A stretch of 64,000 nt of DNA. It comes from Opitutus sp. GAS368 (GTDB taxonomy: Bacteria; Verrucomicrobiota; Verrucomicrobiia; Opitutales; Opitutaceae). A model generated the notes under the pieces. That model ran no database searches, was not told where the DNA came from, and was given only the letters and a program-made list of their open reading frames with translations. The translations under genes were made by a program, and so were the position numbers. The stretch is taken from assembly GCA_945861645.1 (NCBI GenBank), contig CAMAVZ010000004.1:12051-76050 (forward strand), in the 5' to 3' direction. Of the stretch, positions 1-9,273 are shown one piece after another; the stretch's first letter is position 1, and each line of letters begins with the position of its first letter.

Positions 1-1
1 G

Positions 2-805
2 TTCACGACCGAGGGCGTTAAAGCAATGATCAGCGCGGCGCGTGATTTTTTTGCCCGCTTGGAGAAAAGTGACCGTGAAGCCGCGTTTATCTTGGCGAAT
101 GTGCTGCAATTGCGTGTTCGTGAATAGTCGGATGCCTTCAGCCACTAAAGCTTGCGCGACCACCTGAGCCGACTCCGCTGAGCAGTCGCGTAGAATATGG
201 GGACTCCGTTGGATCATGGTGACCTGACTGCCGATACGGCGCAAAAATTGGGCCAGCTCGCAGGCCACGATCCCGCCCCCCAGCACCAAGACGCTCTTCG
301 GCACGAAATCGAGCTCGAGTACCTCGTCGCTACTCCAGCAATTGACGTCGGCTAATCCGGCAATCGCGGGCACACTCACTTTCGAGCCGGTGCCGAGCAG
401 AAATTTTTTCCCGCGAAGCTGACGGCCGTCGGCTAATTGCAAAGTGTGGGAGTCGATAAAAGTCGCCGTCGTTTGATAGAGGTCATACCGGCCTGATTTT
501 AGGGCCTGCTGGCGATAATGAGCAAATTCCCCGATGATTTTAATTTTCCGCGCGTGCACTGCTTTCATGTCGGCGCTCGCTCCGGTAATTTTAAGGCCGA
601 AGCGTTTGGCGTGCTGGGCCTGGTGGAGTACTTCCGCGGCGTAAATGAGAGTTTTAGAGGGCATGCAGCCCCGCAAAATGCAGAGCCCGCCAAGTTGTGG
701 GGCGCCATCAATGATGGCCACCTTCAGGCCGAGCCCAGTCGCTACGCGGGCGGCATTAAAGCCGGCACTGCCGCCACCAATGCAGATAAAGTCGTATGTT
801 TTCAA
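2..805 (-). CDS. Class I pyridine nucleotide-disulfide oxidoreductase (dihydrolipoyl dehydrogenase/MerA-like family), truncated by the window start
   Basis: Not in the ORF track. Manual translation from TTG at 805 gives LKTYDFICIGGGSAG (FAD GxGxxG), GGLCILRGCMPSK (redox disulfide motif) and VLGGGIVACELAQ (NAD-binding). Confidence 0.9.
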   Translation of the reverse strand, partial: MKTYDFICIGGGSAGFNAARVATGLGLKVAIIDGAPQLGGLCILRGCMPSKTLIYAAEVLHQAQHAKRFGLKITGASADMKAVHARKIKIIGEFAHYRQQALKSGRYDLYQTTATFIDSHTLQLADGRQLRGKKFLLGTGSKVSVPAIAGLADVNCWSSDEVLELDFVPKSVLVLGGGIVACELAQFLRRIGSQVTMIQRSPHILRDCSAESAQVVAQALVAEGIRLFTNTQLQHIRQDKRGFTVTFLQAGKKITRRADHCFNALGRE

Positions 806-1108
806 GGAGAGGAACCCGGCGCCGCGAGAGTCGCGGCGCCACGTTTCACCAACATACTGATTCTGGGTTGCCGCGCAATCCGGAGATTTATCCCCGTAAC
901 GGCCTTGGTTTCATAATCTAGATCGAATCCGTGCTTAGCCGTGGTGACATCGGTTGGTGGGATGGAGGAGTTTAGTTTTAAGCCAATTGCGGCCCTTGAG
1001 AATTTGCGAAGGAGCAACGCTCGCTCGAGGAAGAGGGCTTATCGATGCAGTTAATTCGCATTATCGAATTAGGTTGGGTTGCTTTGATCCGGTCGCATTT
1101 TGGCGCTC

Positions 1109-2011
1109 ATGCATCTCGCCGGAAAGCGACTGGTTATCTTCGGTTGCGGTTATGTGGGGTCAGCGGTGGCTCGAACCGCGCTCGCGGCGGGAGCGCAGGT
1201 TGCAGCCGTCACGCGCAACGCCGAGAAAGCGGCCGCCTTGCGAGCGGAGGGTTTAGCCTCGGTCGTGGTAGCCGAATTGGCTTCGTCTGACTGGCATCGT
1301 CAGATCACGCCTGGGGCCGATTTTGTGGTCAACTGCGTGAGCGCCAGTGCGCCGGGCATCGCGGGCTATCGGCAATCTTATGTCGCCGGCCAAGCGTCCA
1401 TCCTCGCTTGGGCGCAGACAGGGCGAGTCCCCGTGGGTACGTTGATTTATACCAGCAGCACTTCCGTTTATCCTCAAGGTGGTGGCGCCGTTGTGGATGA
1501 AACAGCTACCACCGTCGGAGCATCGCCGACTGGGGCTATTATCAGAGAGTCAGAAATTATTTTGGAGCAGGCCTCCGCCTTAGCCTGTCGCCGCTGGTTT
1601 ATACTTCGTCTGGCAGGAATTTATGGTCCGGGTCGGCATCACTTGCTCGACCAACTGCAAGCCGGCGCGACCGTGTTCAGCGGGTCGGGGGTGTCGTCTT
1701 TGAATTTGATTCACCGAGATGATATCGTGTCAGCGATCATGGCGGGCCTGGAGGCGCCGGCCGTTTTTGGTAATGAAATTTTTAATGTGACAGATAACCA
1801 TCCTGCTCGCCGAGCTGAGGTGGGGGCGTGGTTAGCCACGCAGCTGGGCCGGGCCGCGCCCATATTTGATGGCACTTTGCAGACACTGCGGGGAGGCGGG
1901 CTGACGCCTGATCGTCAAATCAGTAGCCAAAAAATCCAGCAGAGGCTCGGTTGGCAGCCGCAATTTCCTGACTATCGGGCTGGCTATCGCGCCATTCTCG
2001 GTCGCCCTTGA
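1109..2011 (+). CDS. NAD-dependent epimerase/dehydratase (atypical SDR)
   Basis: IFGCGYVG Rossmann motif, YTSSTSVY, LRLAGIYGPGR, IHRDDIV. ATG at 1109 preferred over TTG at 1100. Confidence 0.85.
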   Translation: MHLAGKRLVIFGCGYVGSAVARTALAAGAQVAAVTRNAEKAAALRAEGLASVVVAELASSDWHRQITPGADFVVNCVSASAPGIAGYRQSYVAGQASILAWAQTGRVPVGTLIYTSSTSVYPQGGGAVVDETATTVGASPTGAIIRESEIILEQASALACRRWFILRLAGIYGPGRHHLLDQLQAGATVFSGSGVSSLNLIHRDDIVSAIMAGLEAPAVFGNEIFNVTDNHPARRAEVGAWLATQLGRAAPIFDGTLQTLRGGGLTPDRQISSQKIQQRLGWQPQFPDYRAGYRAILGRP

Positions 2012-2133
2012 GGCAAATTTTGCTCCGGGCCGCAGGGGACGGAAGGCGGGGCTAATTTTTTTAGGAAATTTTGCGTGATTAGTGTCTATTAGTCTTCATT
2101 AGTTGGCCTCACTTAATTCAACCCCCTCACACT

Positions 2134-2442
2134 ATGGCCGGCGTAGGCACTCTCCTCAAACAAGCTCAGAAAATGCAAAAGCAGATCGAGTCGATGCAAG
2201 CATCGCTCGAAGCGCAGATCATCGATGTTTCCAGCGGTGGGGGCGCCGTGCAGATTAAGATTAACGGAGCCGGCAAATTTCAAGCGTTCACGTTGGACGC
2301 CGACTTCCTCCAGGAGGATAAGAAATTTATTGAGGAAACTATTTTGCAGGCGGTGCAGGAAGCCGCGCTGAAGTCCAAGGCCCGCCATGAGGCCGAGATG
2401 CAGAAAATTTCTACCGGTTTTCAGCTGCCGGGGGTGCTTTGA
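2134..2442 (+). CDS. ybaB: YbaB/EbfC nucleoid-associated protein
   Basis: LLKQAQKMQ...SSGGGAV signature, 102 aa, immediately upstream of recR (canonical pair). Confidence 0.93.
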   Translation: MAGVGTLLKQAQKMQKQIESMQASLEAQIIDVSSGGGAVQIKINGAGKFQAFTLDADFLQEDKKFIEETILQAVQEAALKSKARHEAEMQKISTGFQLPGVL

Positions 2443-2521
2443 TTTTAACTGAACGATTTTTGAGCCAAATGTTTGGCGTCGCTCCACTCGCTGATATCTC
2501 TCTGGAAGTTTTAAGCACCCC

Positions 2522-3115
2522 ATGACCCCCGCGCTCGAGATTTTGCAGAAGCAATTAAAGCAGTTGCCTGGCATCGGTTTTCGTTCGGCCGAGCGCATTG
2601 CCTTACACTTGTTGGTGGAAAAGCCGGCCCGTTTACCGGAGTTGGTGGCCGCGCTCGAAGTTGCGGCCAAAAATGTCCGCCGTTGCACGCTCTGCGGTAA
2701 TCTCTCCGAAGAAGAGTTATGTCCCATCTGCGCCCACGACCAACGCCGTAACGGTCAGGTGTGTGTGGTGGAATATGTGCAGGATCTCGCCGCGATTGAG
2801 CGTTCGGGGGCTTATCGGGGGCGCTATCACGTCTTGCACGGCAAACTCTCGCCGCTGCGCGGCGTGGCTCCCGAGGATTTGAATTTTGCGGCTTTATTTG
2901 CACGGATCGCCGCGGGGGAGGTGAGCGAAGTTATTTTAGCTTTGTCCAACGACGTCGAAGGCGAAGCTACCTGCCATTACCTCTTGGCGCGGCTGCCGGC
3001 CGCCGGAGTGAAGGTGACGCGGATTGGGTTCGGGTTGCCGAGTGGGAGTGGCGTGCTCTACGCCGATGCGGTAACGCTGAAAAGCGCTCTCGATGGGCGG
3101 CGTGATTATTCGTGA
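2522..3115 (+). CDS. recR: Recombination mediator RecR
   Basis: LPGIGFRSAERIA HhH, C4 zinc finger CTLC...CPIC, Toprim CVVE, YHVLHG, VEGEAT. Confidence 0.97.
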   Translation: MTPALEILQKQLKQLPGIGFRSAERIALHLLVEKPARLPELVAALEVAAKNVRRCTLCGNLSEEELCPICAHDQRRNGQVCVVEYVQDLAAIERSGAYRGRYHVLHGKLSPLRGVAPEDLNFAALFARIAAGEVSEVILALSNDVEGEATCHYLLARLPAAGVKVTRIGFGLPSGSGVLYADAVTLKSALDGRRDYS

Positions 3116-3158
3116 TTGCCGTCAGGCTTTTTTCCGCTTCTGGTCTCGACCGCAAGTT

Positions 3159-3232
3159 GCGGGCGTAGTATATCGGTATTATGCGTGCTTCCCAAGCATG
3201 AGAGGAGGGTTCGACTCCCTCCGCCCGCACCA
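3159..3232 (+). tRNA. tRNA-Gly(CCC)
   Basis: Acceptor stem GCGGGCG/CGCCCGC, anticodon arm CGTGC-TTCCCAA-GCATG, T arm GAGGG-TTCGACT-CCCTC, discriminator A, encoded CCA. Confidence 0.95.
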
Positions 3233-3252
3233 ATTCCAACCCCAAAATCCAT

Positions 3253-3468
3253 ATGAAGTTCTCTAAAATCCTGTTAGTTGTCGCGGCACTCTTCGGTGCT
3301 AGCTTTGCTTCCGCTGCAGATGCTCCGGTCTCACAAAAAGCTAAGTGTGACTTGAAGGCTGAAAAAGCTGGTAAGGTCTGCGATCACGCCTGCTGTGTTG
3401 CGGCAGCTAAAGAAGGCAAAAATTGCGAGAAATGCGGCGGCACCAATATCGCCGCAGCCAAGCACTAA
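3253..3468 (+). CDS. Small secreted Cys/Lys-rich hypothetical protein
   Basis: Sec signal peptide (MKFSKILLVVAALFGASFASA), 6 Cys in the mature part, followed by a terminator. Confidence 0.85.
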   Translation: MKFSKILLVVAALFGASFASAADAPVSQKAKCDLKAEKAGKVCDHACCVAAAKEGKNCEKCGGTNIAAAKH

Positions 3469-3492
3469 ATTCTGGTAAATTTCCCGCTTGCG

Positions 3493-3523
3493 AGCCGCGA
3501 CCTCTCGAGGTGGCGGCTTTTTT
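3493..3523 (+). terminator. Intrinsic terminator after the tRNA-Gly/small-protein unit
   Basis: AGCCGCGACCTC-TC-GAGGTGGCGGCT hairpin followed by a T-tract. Confidence 0.8.
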
Positions 3524-3606
3524 ATACCCAAAGCCCAAGGCGGCATAACATTATCGCCGGTTATTTTAACTGGATCGGCTACGGGCTGTCATTCTTAGCC
3601 TAAAGA

Positions 3607-5535
3607 TCAGCGGGGCCCATTCGCGGCAACTGGGATGCGCCGGCAGCGATCTTGCACGCGGCGAGCGATATCAGCGGGCGCGAGGTTGTAGGCGGCGCGG
3701 AGAATCGCGACATTGCTGCCATGCTCCACAAATTTATCGGGCCACCCGATGCGTTCGACGGGGGTCAAGCAATCAGCTTCCTGCAATGCTTCCAGCACGG
3801 CGCTACCAAAACCGCCCGCGAGTACATGGTCTTCCATCGTCACAATCAGGGAAACCGCGGCGGCCTGCTTGAGTAATAACGGGCGGTCGAGTGGTTTGAT
3901 AAAGCGGGCATTAACCACGCCGACTGACCAGCCCTCCTCGCGCGCGAGTTGGTCGGCGAGTTGAAGCGCATCGGGAACCATAGAACCGAGGGCCCAGATG
4001 ATGAGTTGCGTGCCTTCGCGCAATACTTCCGCCTGCCCGATCGTCAGCTGGGCGGGGGCGGCTTTAATGGTCGCTCCGGGACCGGCGCCACGCGGGTAGC
4101 GGATGAAACCCGGTCCGGGCAGGTGCAGCGCGGTGTGCAGCATATCAACAAATTCATCTTCATCCTTCGGCTGCATGACCGTGGCGTTGGGAATGCAGCG
4201 CAAGTAGGCGAGGTCAAACAGCCCGTGGTGGGTGGGGCCGTCATTGGGCGAGAGCCCGGCCCGATCGAGGCAAAAAGTGACGGGCAGATTTTGCAGGCAC
4301 ACATCGTGAATCACTTGGTCGTAGGCGCGCTGCAGAAAGGTAGAGTAAATGGCGCAGACGGGGCGAAAGCCCTTGGTGGCGAGGCCGGCGGCAAAAAGCA
4401 CGGCGTGTTCTTCCGCAATCCCGACATCAAAAAACTGCGCCGGCACTGCTTCGGCGAGGCGTGACAATCCTGTGCCGCTCGGCATCGCGCCGGTGATGCC
4501 TAATATTTTGGGGTTAGCTTGCGCGAAGCGCGTGAGGGCGGCGCCGAAAACATCTTGATAATTCAGTGGCGTGCCGGTCGCCGTTAGGATGCTTTGCCCT
4601 GATCCTGGATGGTAGGGAGCCGCGCCGTGAAATTTTTCGGGATGCTCGAGCGCCGCCTCGAGGCCCTTGCCCTTTTTCGTGAGCACGTGAATAAGAACAG
4701 GAACATCGCAGTGTTTGGCGAATTCTAGATTCTTGCGCAACGCGTCCAAATCGTGCCCGTCGACCGGCCCGAGATAGCGGAGGCCGAATTTTTCAAACAG
4801 CGATGACTCGACGAAAAAGTCCTTCGTTTCGCGTTTCCACTTAGTGTAGACGCGATTCATTTTCGCGCCGGCGGGGAAGCTTTTGAAGAAAGCTTCCACG
4901 TCGTGGTGCAATTTATTGTAAGTCGGATTGGTGCTGATGACGTTTAGGTAGCTGGAAATAGCACCGACATTCTTGGCGATGGACCATTCGTTATCATTGA
5001 GAATGACGATCAAGCGCTGGGTTGAGCTCACGACATTATTGAGGGCTTCGAGCGTGATCCCGCAGGTGAAGGCGGCGTCACCGCAGACGGCGACAACGTG
5101 TTCGGGCGAACCGCGTAAATCTCGCGCGGTGGCCATCCCGAGAGCAGCCGAAAGCGCGGTGCCGGCATGGCCAGCGCCGAAGGCATCATGGGGGCTTTCG
5201 GCCCGGTAGAGGAAACCGGAGGCGCCGCCACTCTTGCGGAGTTGGTGAAAAAATTCGCCCTGGCGCCCCGTGAGCAATTTATGCACGTAGCCTTGGTGAG
5301 CGACATCGAAGACGAATTGATCGGTCGGCGTATCGAAGACGCGATGGAGTACGATGGTGAGCTCAACGACCCCGAGGTTAGGGCCGATGTGGCCGCCATT
5401 TTTGGCGGTGACGGCAATCAATTCGGCGCGAATCTCCTGCGCTAGTTGCGGCAGTTGGTCAGCGCGGAGCGCTTTGACATCAGCCGGTCCGGCGATGTGT
5501 GAGAGGAGGGTGGGAACGGTCGGAGAAGTGCTCAT
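3607..5535 (-). CDS. dxs: 1-deoxy-D-xylulose-5-phosphate synthase
   Basis: GGHIGPNLGVVEL, DVAHQGYVHK, GDAA...NDN TPP motif, DVGIAEEHAV, DGPTHHG. Confidence 0.97.
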   Translation of the reverse strand: MSTSPTVPTLLSHIAGPADVKALRADQLPQLAQEIRAELIAVTAKNGGHIGPNLGVVELTIVLHRVFDTPTDQFVFDVAHQGYVHKLLTGRQGEFFHQLRKSGGASGFLYRAESPHDAFGAGHAGTALSAALGMATARDLRGSPEHVVAVCGDAAFTCGITLEALNNVVSSTQRLIVILNDNEWSIAKNVGAISSYLNVISTNPTYNKLHHDVEAFFKSFPAGAKMNRVYTKWKRETKDFFVESSLFEKFGLRYLGPVDGHDLDALRKNLEFAKHCDVPVLIHVLTKKGKGLEAALEHPEKFHGAAPYHPGSGQSILTATGTPLNYQDVFGAALTRFAQANPKILGITGAMPSGTGLSRLAEAVPAQFFDVGIAEEHAVLFAAGLATKGFRPVCAIYSTFLQRAYDQVIHDVCLQNLPVTFCLDRAGLSPNDGPTHHGLFDLAYLRCIPNATVMQPKDEDEFVDMLHTALHLPGPGFIRYPRGAGPGATIKAAPAQLTIGQAEVLREGTQLIIWALGSMVPDALQLADQLAREEGWSVGVVNARFIKPLDRPLLLKQAAAVSLIVTMEDHVLAGGFGSAVLEALQEADCLTPVERIGWPDKFVEHGSNVAILRAAYNLAPADIARRVQDRCRRIPVAANGPR

Positions 5536-5559
5536 CAGATCAGCGGAGGCTCGGTGCCC

Positions 5560-5808
5560 TTATTCCGTCGTACTCGCGGTTAGAGATTCGAAGGCCGCTG
5601 AGCCATCCTTCTGTTTTTTCAATTTCTCGATTTTTAGCTCGGCATCCTTTAACCGGCTTTCACACACCTTGAGTAACTTGCTGCCCTCTTCGTACTGGGC
5701 CAATAGTTCAGCCAGCGGAACTTCGCCTTGTTCCATCGCATCAACGATGGCTTCAAGCTTGGTGAGGGCAGTTTCGAAACTAAGTTTAGCAGTTTTATCG
5801 GAATCCAC
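5560..5808 (-). CDS. xseB: Exodeoxyribonuclease VII small subunit
   Basis: SFETALTKLEAIV...YEEG...C...L...AE pattern, upstream of dxs. Confidence 0.93.
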   Translation of the reverse strand: MDSDKTAKLSFETALTKLEAIVDAMEQGEVPLAELLAQYEEGSKLLKVCESRLKDAELKIEKLKKQKDGSAAFESLTASTTE

Positions 5809-5936
5809 GTCGTCAAGATGCGCGGGGTGTGGGTGATTTCAACCAATCTTTGTGTCGCCAAAATCAGCCGGTGGGGCGGTGTGGGGGTCCGATGCTTAAG
5901 GCTGGCGCGGTCTCCCAAAGCTGTTCTCCATCAGGG

Positions 5937-7175
5937 ATGACTTGGTTATTTTGGTTGGTGGGGGCCCTCATAATTTTACGGCTGAGCGCACAACTCGTGT
6001 TGGAGGCGATGAATCGCGCGGAAGCGCAGCGGCACGTCCAGCAGTGTCCCCCCGCGCTAGCCGCGGTGATGGATGCCGCGACTTATGCTAAATCAGTCGA
6101 ATACACGCTCGCCAAAAGCCGCTTCAGTGCCGTTGAGACAGTTTATGATAGCCTGATGCTTGGGCTGATCTTAGGCAGCGGTGCCTTGCCGTGGTTTTGG
6201 GAGAAATTTAACGCTCTCGCGCCTGGGGCCGCGTGGAGTGGAGCACTTTTTCTCATCGGCACGATGCTGCTGCTCGGTCTGCCGGGCTTGCCGTTCGAGT
6301 GGTGGTCACAATTTCGGCTCGAGGCGAAATTTGGCTTCAATCAGAGTACGCTCCGTCTTTGGGTGACGGATCAACTCAAGTCTTGGCTCTTGGGTTTCGC
6401 CATCGGGTTTCCGTTGTTGTGGGCCTTGCTCGCCTTGGTCGGTTGGGTGGGGGCGCATTGGTGGATCTGGGGTTTTGCCCTCTTGTTCAGTTTTCAGCTC
6501 CTCATGTTTGTGCTCTACCCGAAGCTGATTATGCCGCTTTTTAATAAGCTGACGCCCTTACCGGAAGGTGAAGCCCGCACGCGGTTGATGGCTTTGGCTA
6601 ATCGCACGGGTTTTCTTTGCCAGACGATTGAAGTCATGGATGGCTCCAAGCGCTCCGCCCATTCCAACGCTTTCTTTACCGGCTTTGGCCGTTTTCGCCG
6701 CATTGTATTATTTGATACGTTGATGGCCCAACTCGGGCAGGCGGAGATTGAGGCCGTGTTGGCGCATGAGATTGGTCACTATAAACGCGGCCATATCCCC
6801 AAGCGCTTAGTGACGATGGCGCTGATGCAGTTGGGGGCGTTTGCGGCGATCGCTGGGCTCGCCAACGCGGCGTGGTTTAATACGGCTTTCAATCTCCCCG
6901 CGGGTGTCCTCGCACCGACCTTTTTGCTTTTCAGTTTACTGAGTGGGTTAGTGACCTTCTGGTTTTCGCCCATCAGTCACTGGGTCTCGCGTCAGCACGA
7001 ATATGAGGCGGATGCCTTTGCCAAAGACGCCATGGGCGACGCCGCGCCGCTCGTTGGGGCACTGCGTAAGATGTCGCAAAAAAATCTTTCTAACCTCACG
7101 CCACACCCGCTCTACAGCGCGGTGTATTACTCGCATCCCACTTTGGTGGAGCGGGAGCGGGCGCTGCAGGAGTGA
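5937..7175 (+). CDS. M48 (Ste24-like) integral membrane zinc metalloprotease
   Basis: Multiple TM helices, DGSKRS, NAFFTG, LAHEIGH (HExxH), EYEAD, YSHP. ATG at 5937 chosen. Confidence 0.92.
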   Translation: MTWLFWLVGALIILRLSAQLVLEAMNRAEAQRHVQQCPPALAAVMDAATYAKSVEYTLAKSRFSAVETVYDSLMLGLILGSGALPWFWEKFNALAPGAAWSGALFLIGTMLLLGLPGLPFEWWSQFRLEAKFGFNQSTLRLWVTDQLKSWLLGFAIGFPLLWALLALVGWVGAHWWIWGFALLFSFQLLMFVLYPKLIMPLFNKLTPLPEGEARTRLMALANRTGFLCQTIEVMDGSKRSAHSNAFFTGFGRFRRIVLFDTLMAQLGQAEIEAVLAHEIGHYKRGHIPKRLVTMALMQLGAFAAIAGLANAAWFNTAFNLPAGVLAPTFLLFSLLSGLVTFWFSPISHWVSRQHEYEADAFAKDAMGDAAPLVGALRKMSQKNLSNLTPHPLYSAVYYSHPTLVERERALQE

Positions 7176-7205
7176 AATAATGATGGGGCCAGCAAAAATA
7201 AAAAA

Positions 7206-8213
7206 ATGGCCGTGCGCCGCTCATCCTCGATTTTTTGTGACGCCGGCGCTCAGGTGCTAGTCCCGCGCTCGCTCTGGCGGGGATACTTTGTCGCGCTCAA
7301 TTTAAGTTGGCTGGGCGCGGGGGTACTGGGGTCAGCCGCACTGACGGTCGCCACATATAACGTAGAGAATTACTTGATCGCGGACCGTTTAGTGGACGGA
7401 GTTTTCCGTTCCGCCTACCCTAAACCGGAAAAAGAAAAGGCGGCATTGCGTCAGGTAATTGCGGCGCTCGCCCCCGATATTCTCGCGCTTGCTGAAATGG
7501 GTGGGGCGCCTTTCTTGGCGGATTTTCAACGCGAACTTAAGCAGGCCGGACAACATTATCCTTATACCGCGCTGGTCGCGGCCGCGGATCCTGATCGGCA
7601 TGTCGCAATCTTATCCAAGGTGCCTTTTAAGGAAGTCCGACGTTATAGCGCCGTTCCCCTTACTTATTTTAAACAGCCCGCCAAGGTAAAGCGTGGTATG
7701 CTTGAGGTGGTAATCGCGACTGAGGCCGGTGATTGCTCGATTTTCCTGGTGCATTTAAAGAGTCGCTACACGGAGCGTCAGGATGACCCCCAGAGTGCGT
7801 TGCTGCGGGCGGCGGAAGCGGAGGCGGTGCGGGATTTGGTCTTGGCGCGCCACCCTGATCCGGCTGCGGCCAAATTTCTGGTCTGCGGAGATTGGAATGA
7901 TACTCGCGATAGTCGCCCGGTGCGCGCTTTGCAGAAACGCGGCCGCACCGTGATCGGCGAATTGCTGCGCGCGAGTGATTCGCGCGGGGAGACCTGGACC
8001 CATTATTATCGACGCGAAGATAGCTACAGTCGGATCGACTACATGCTCGTTTCCCCAGCCCTCCGGCCTTACGTGATCGGTGCTGGAGCGACGATCGGCG
8101 ATGGCCCTGGGGTAGCTGGCGCGAGCGATCACCGGCCGGTCTTGGTGCAACTCAAGCTCGAGCCCGTGCGTAAAGATTCTGTCAGTGGTGCGCCGGGCCA
8201 AGGTGGCGGATAA
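7206..8213 (+). CDS. Endonuclease/exonuclease/phosphatase family protein, probably secreted
   Basis: ATYNVEN, HLKS, GDWND, RIDY, SDHRP motifs. Start uncertain (GTG at 7254 plausible, before a signal-like segment). Confidence 0.88.
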   Translation: MAVRRSSSIFCDAGAQVLVPRSLWRGYFVALNLSWLGAGVLGSAALTVATYNVENYLIADRLVDGVFRSAYPKPEKEKAALRQVIAALAPDILALAEMGGAPFLADFQRELKQAGQHYPYTALVAAADPDRHVAILSKVPFKEVRRYSAVPLTYFKQPAKVKRGMLEVVIATEAGDCSIFLVHLKSRYTERQDDPQSALLRAAEAEAVRDLVLARHPDPAAAKFLVCGDWNDTRDSRPVRALQKRGRTVIGELLRASDSRGETWTHYYRREDSYSRIDYMLVSPALRPYVIGAGATIGDGPGVAGASDHRPVLVQLKLEPVRKDSVSGAPGQGGG

Positions 8214-8223
8214 ATACGGCGAT

Positions 8224-8252
8224 AAAAAAAGCGCGCCAAGCGAGGCGCGCTT
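8224..8252 (-). terminator. Intrinsic terminator of the 8293-9210 gene
   Basis: A7-GCGCGCC-aagcga-GGCGCGC-TT on the + strand. A second hairpin CCTCGGC/GCCGAGG lies at 8262-8280. Confidence 0.75.
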
Positions 8253-8292
8253 GAAAAGAAGCCTCGGCGCCAAGCCGAGGTTAAGGCGGGTT

Positions 8293-9210
8293 TTATTTGG
8301 CCGTGACGTTCACGGTAATGGCGCTTTCGCCGGCGCTGCTCTTGAAGAAGAGCGAGCCACTGCCTGGGTTGCCACCTTGGATCATGACGGTGACGCTGGT
8401 CTGGCCGGCGCCGACCATGACTTCAGGCATGACCACGCTGGCGGGAACATCGGTGGTGACATCAATCAGCATACCACCACCGGGAGCGGGGGTGGGGATG
8501 GTGAAGGTGAGCGCCTGTTGTTCCCCCGAGCGCAGCACGATGGCTGACGGGGATACTTGAAAATTGATGGCATCGACGCGGAAGCTGCCCGCGTCAAGAT
8601 TGGCGCCAGCGCCAACGACACTGAGCTTGTAGCTGCGACCAGCATCAACGGCGGGGACGAAAAAGCTGAGCGCGCTGGGCGATTCGAAGACGGTGCGGGT
8701 GGGGACTTGGTCAAAATAGACGACGTCCTGCGGAGTAAAACCGGCGCCAAGTACGCTGACGCGGGAGCCGACGGGGGCGCGGGTTGCTTCCGAACGAATA
8801 ATATACCGGCTCATGATTTTCATCGTTTGGAGCGCGGTATAAACCTCGTTGGACTGCGCGCTGGTCTGATGCTCGATCATGTAGTTACAGATAAAGTAAT
8901 AAGAAGCTCCGGCGCGACCGGCGGGGATCTGATAGTCGAATTCCCAAATATCGGCTCCGACCGAATTTTTGGTCATGGGATAGCTGGTGCTATCGATGAT
9001 AATCCGCGGGGCAATGCTGGCGCGATCGATGCGCTTAGAATCGGGCCGGAAGCTCGCGGTGATCGTATAGATCTGGGAGGGATTTTGTGGGACGGTTTCC
9101 GGCGTCAGGTTCGTGATCGTGAGATTGCAGCCGGTCAGCACCAGCAGCCCGAGGGCGGCGGCGAGGGCGGAAAAAAATCTGCTCGCGTGAAGGAAGGGAG
9201 TCTTATGCAT
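8293..9210 (-). CDS. Lipoprotein with Ig-like (IPT/TIG-like) beta-sandwich domains
   Basis: Lipobox VLTG-C, beta-rich sequence, GSRVSVLGAGF pattern typical of IPT/TIG domains. Confidence 0.7.
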   Translation of the reverse strand: MHKTPFLHASRFFSALAAALGLLVLTGCNLTITNLTPETVPQNPSQIYTITASFRPDSKRIDRASIAPRIIIDSTSYPMTKNSVGADIWEFDYQIPAGRAGASYYFICNYMIEHQTSAQSNEVYTALQTMKIMSRYIIRSEATRAPVGSRVSVLGAGFTPQDVVYFDQVPTRTVFESPSALSFFVPAVDAGRSYKLSVVGAGANLDAGSFRVDAINFQVSPSAIVLRSGEQQALTFTIPTPAPGGGMLIDVTTDVPASVVMPEVMVGAGQTSVTVMIQGGNPGSGSLFFKSSAGESAITVNVTAK

Positions 9211-9273
9211 TTGTTTTATAGATAGCCGAGGCCACGTAGGCTGTTGGCAGGTCGTAAATTGACAACTTTCATA

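Noticed and set aside
3539-3571. dif-like halves (GGCGGCATAA ... TTATTTTAACT)
   Set aside because: The spacer is 12 bp rather than 6.
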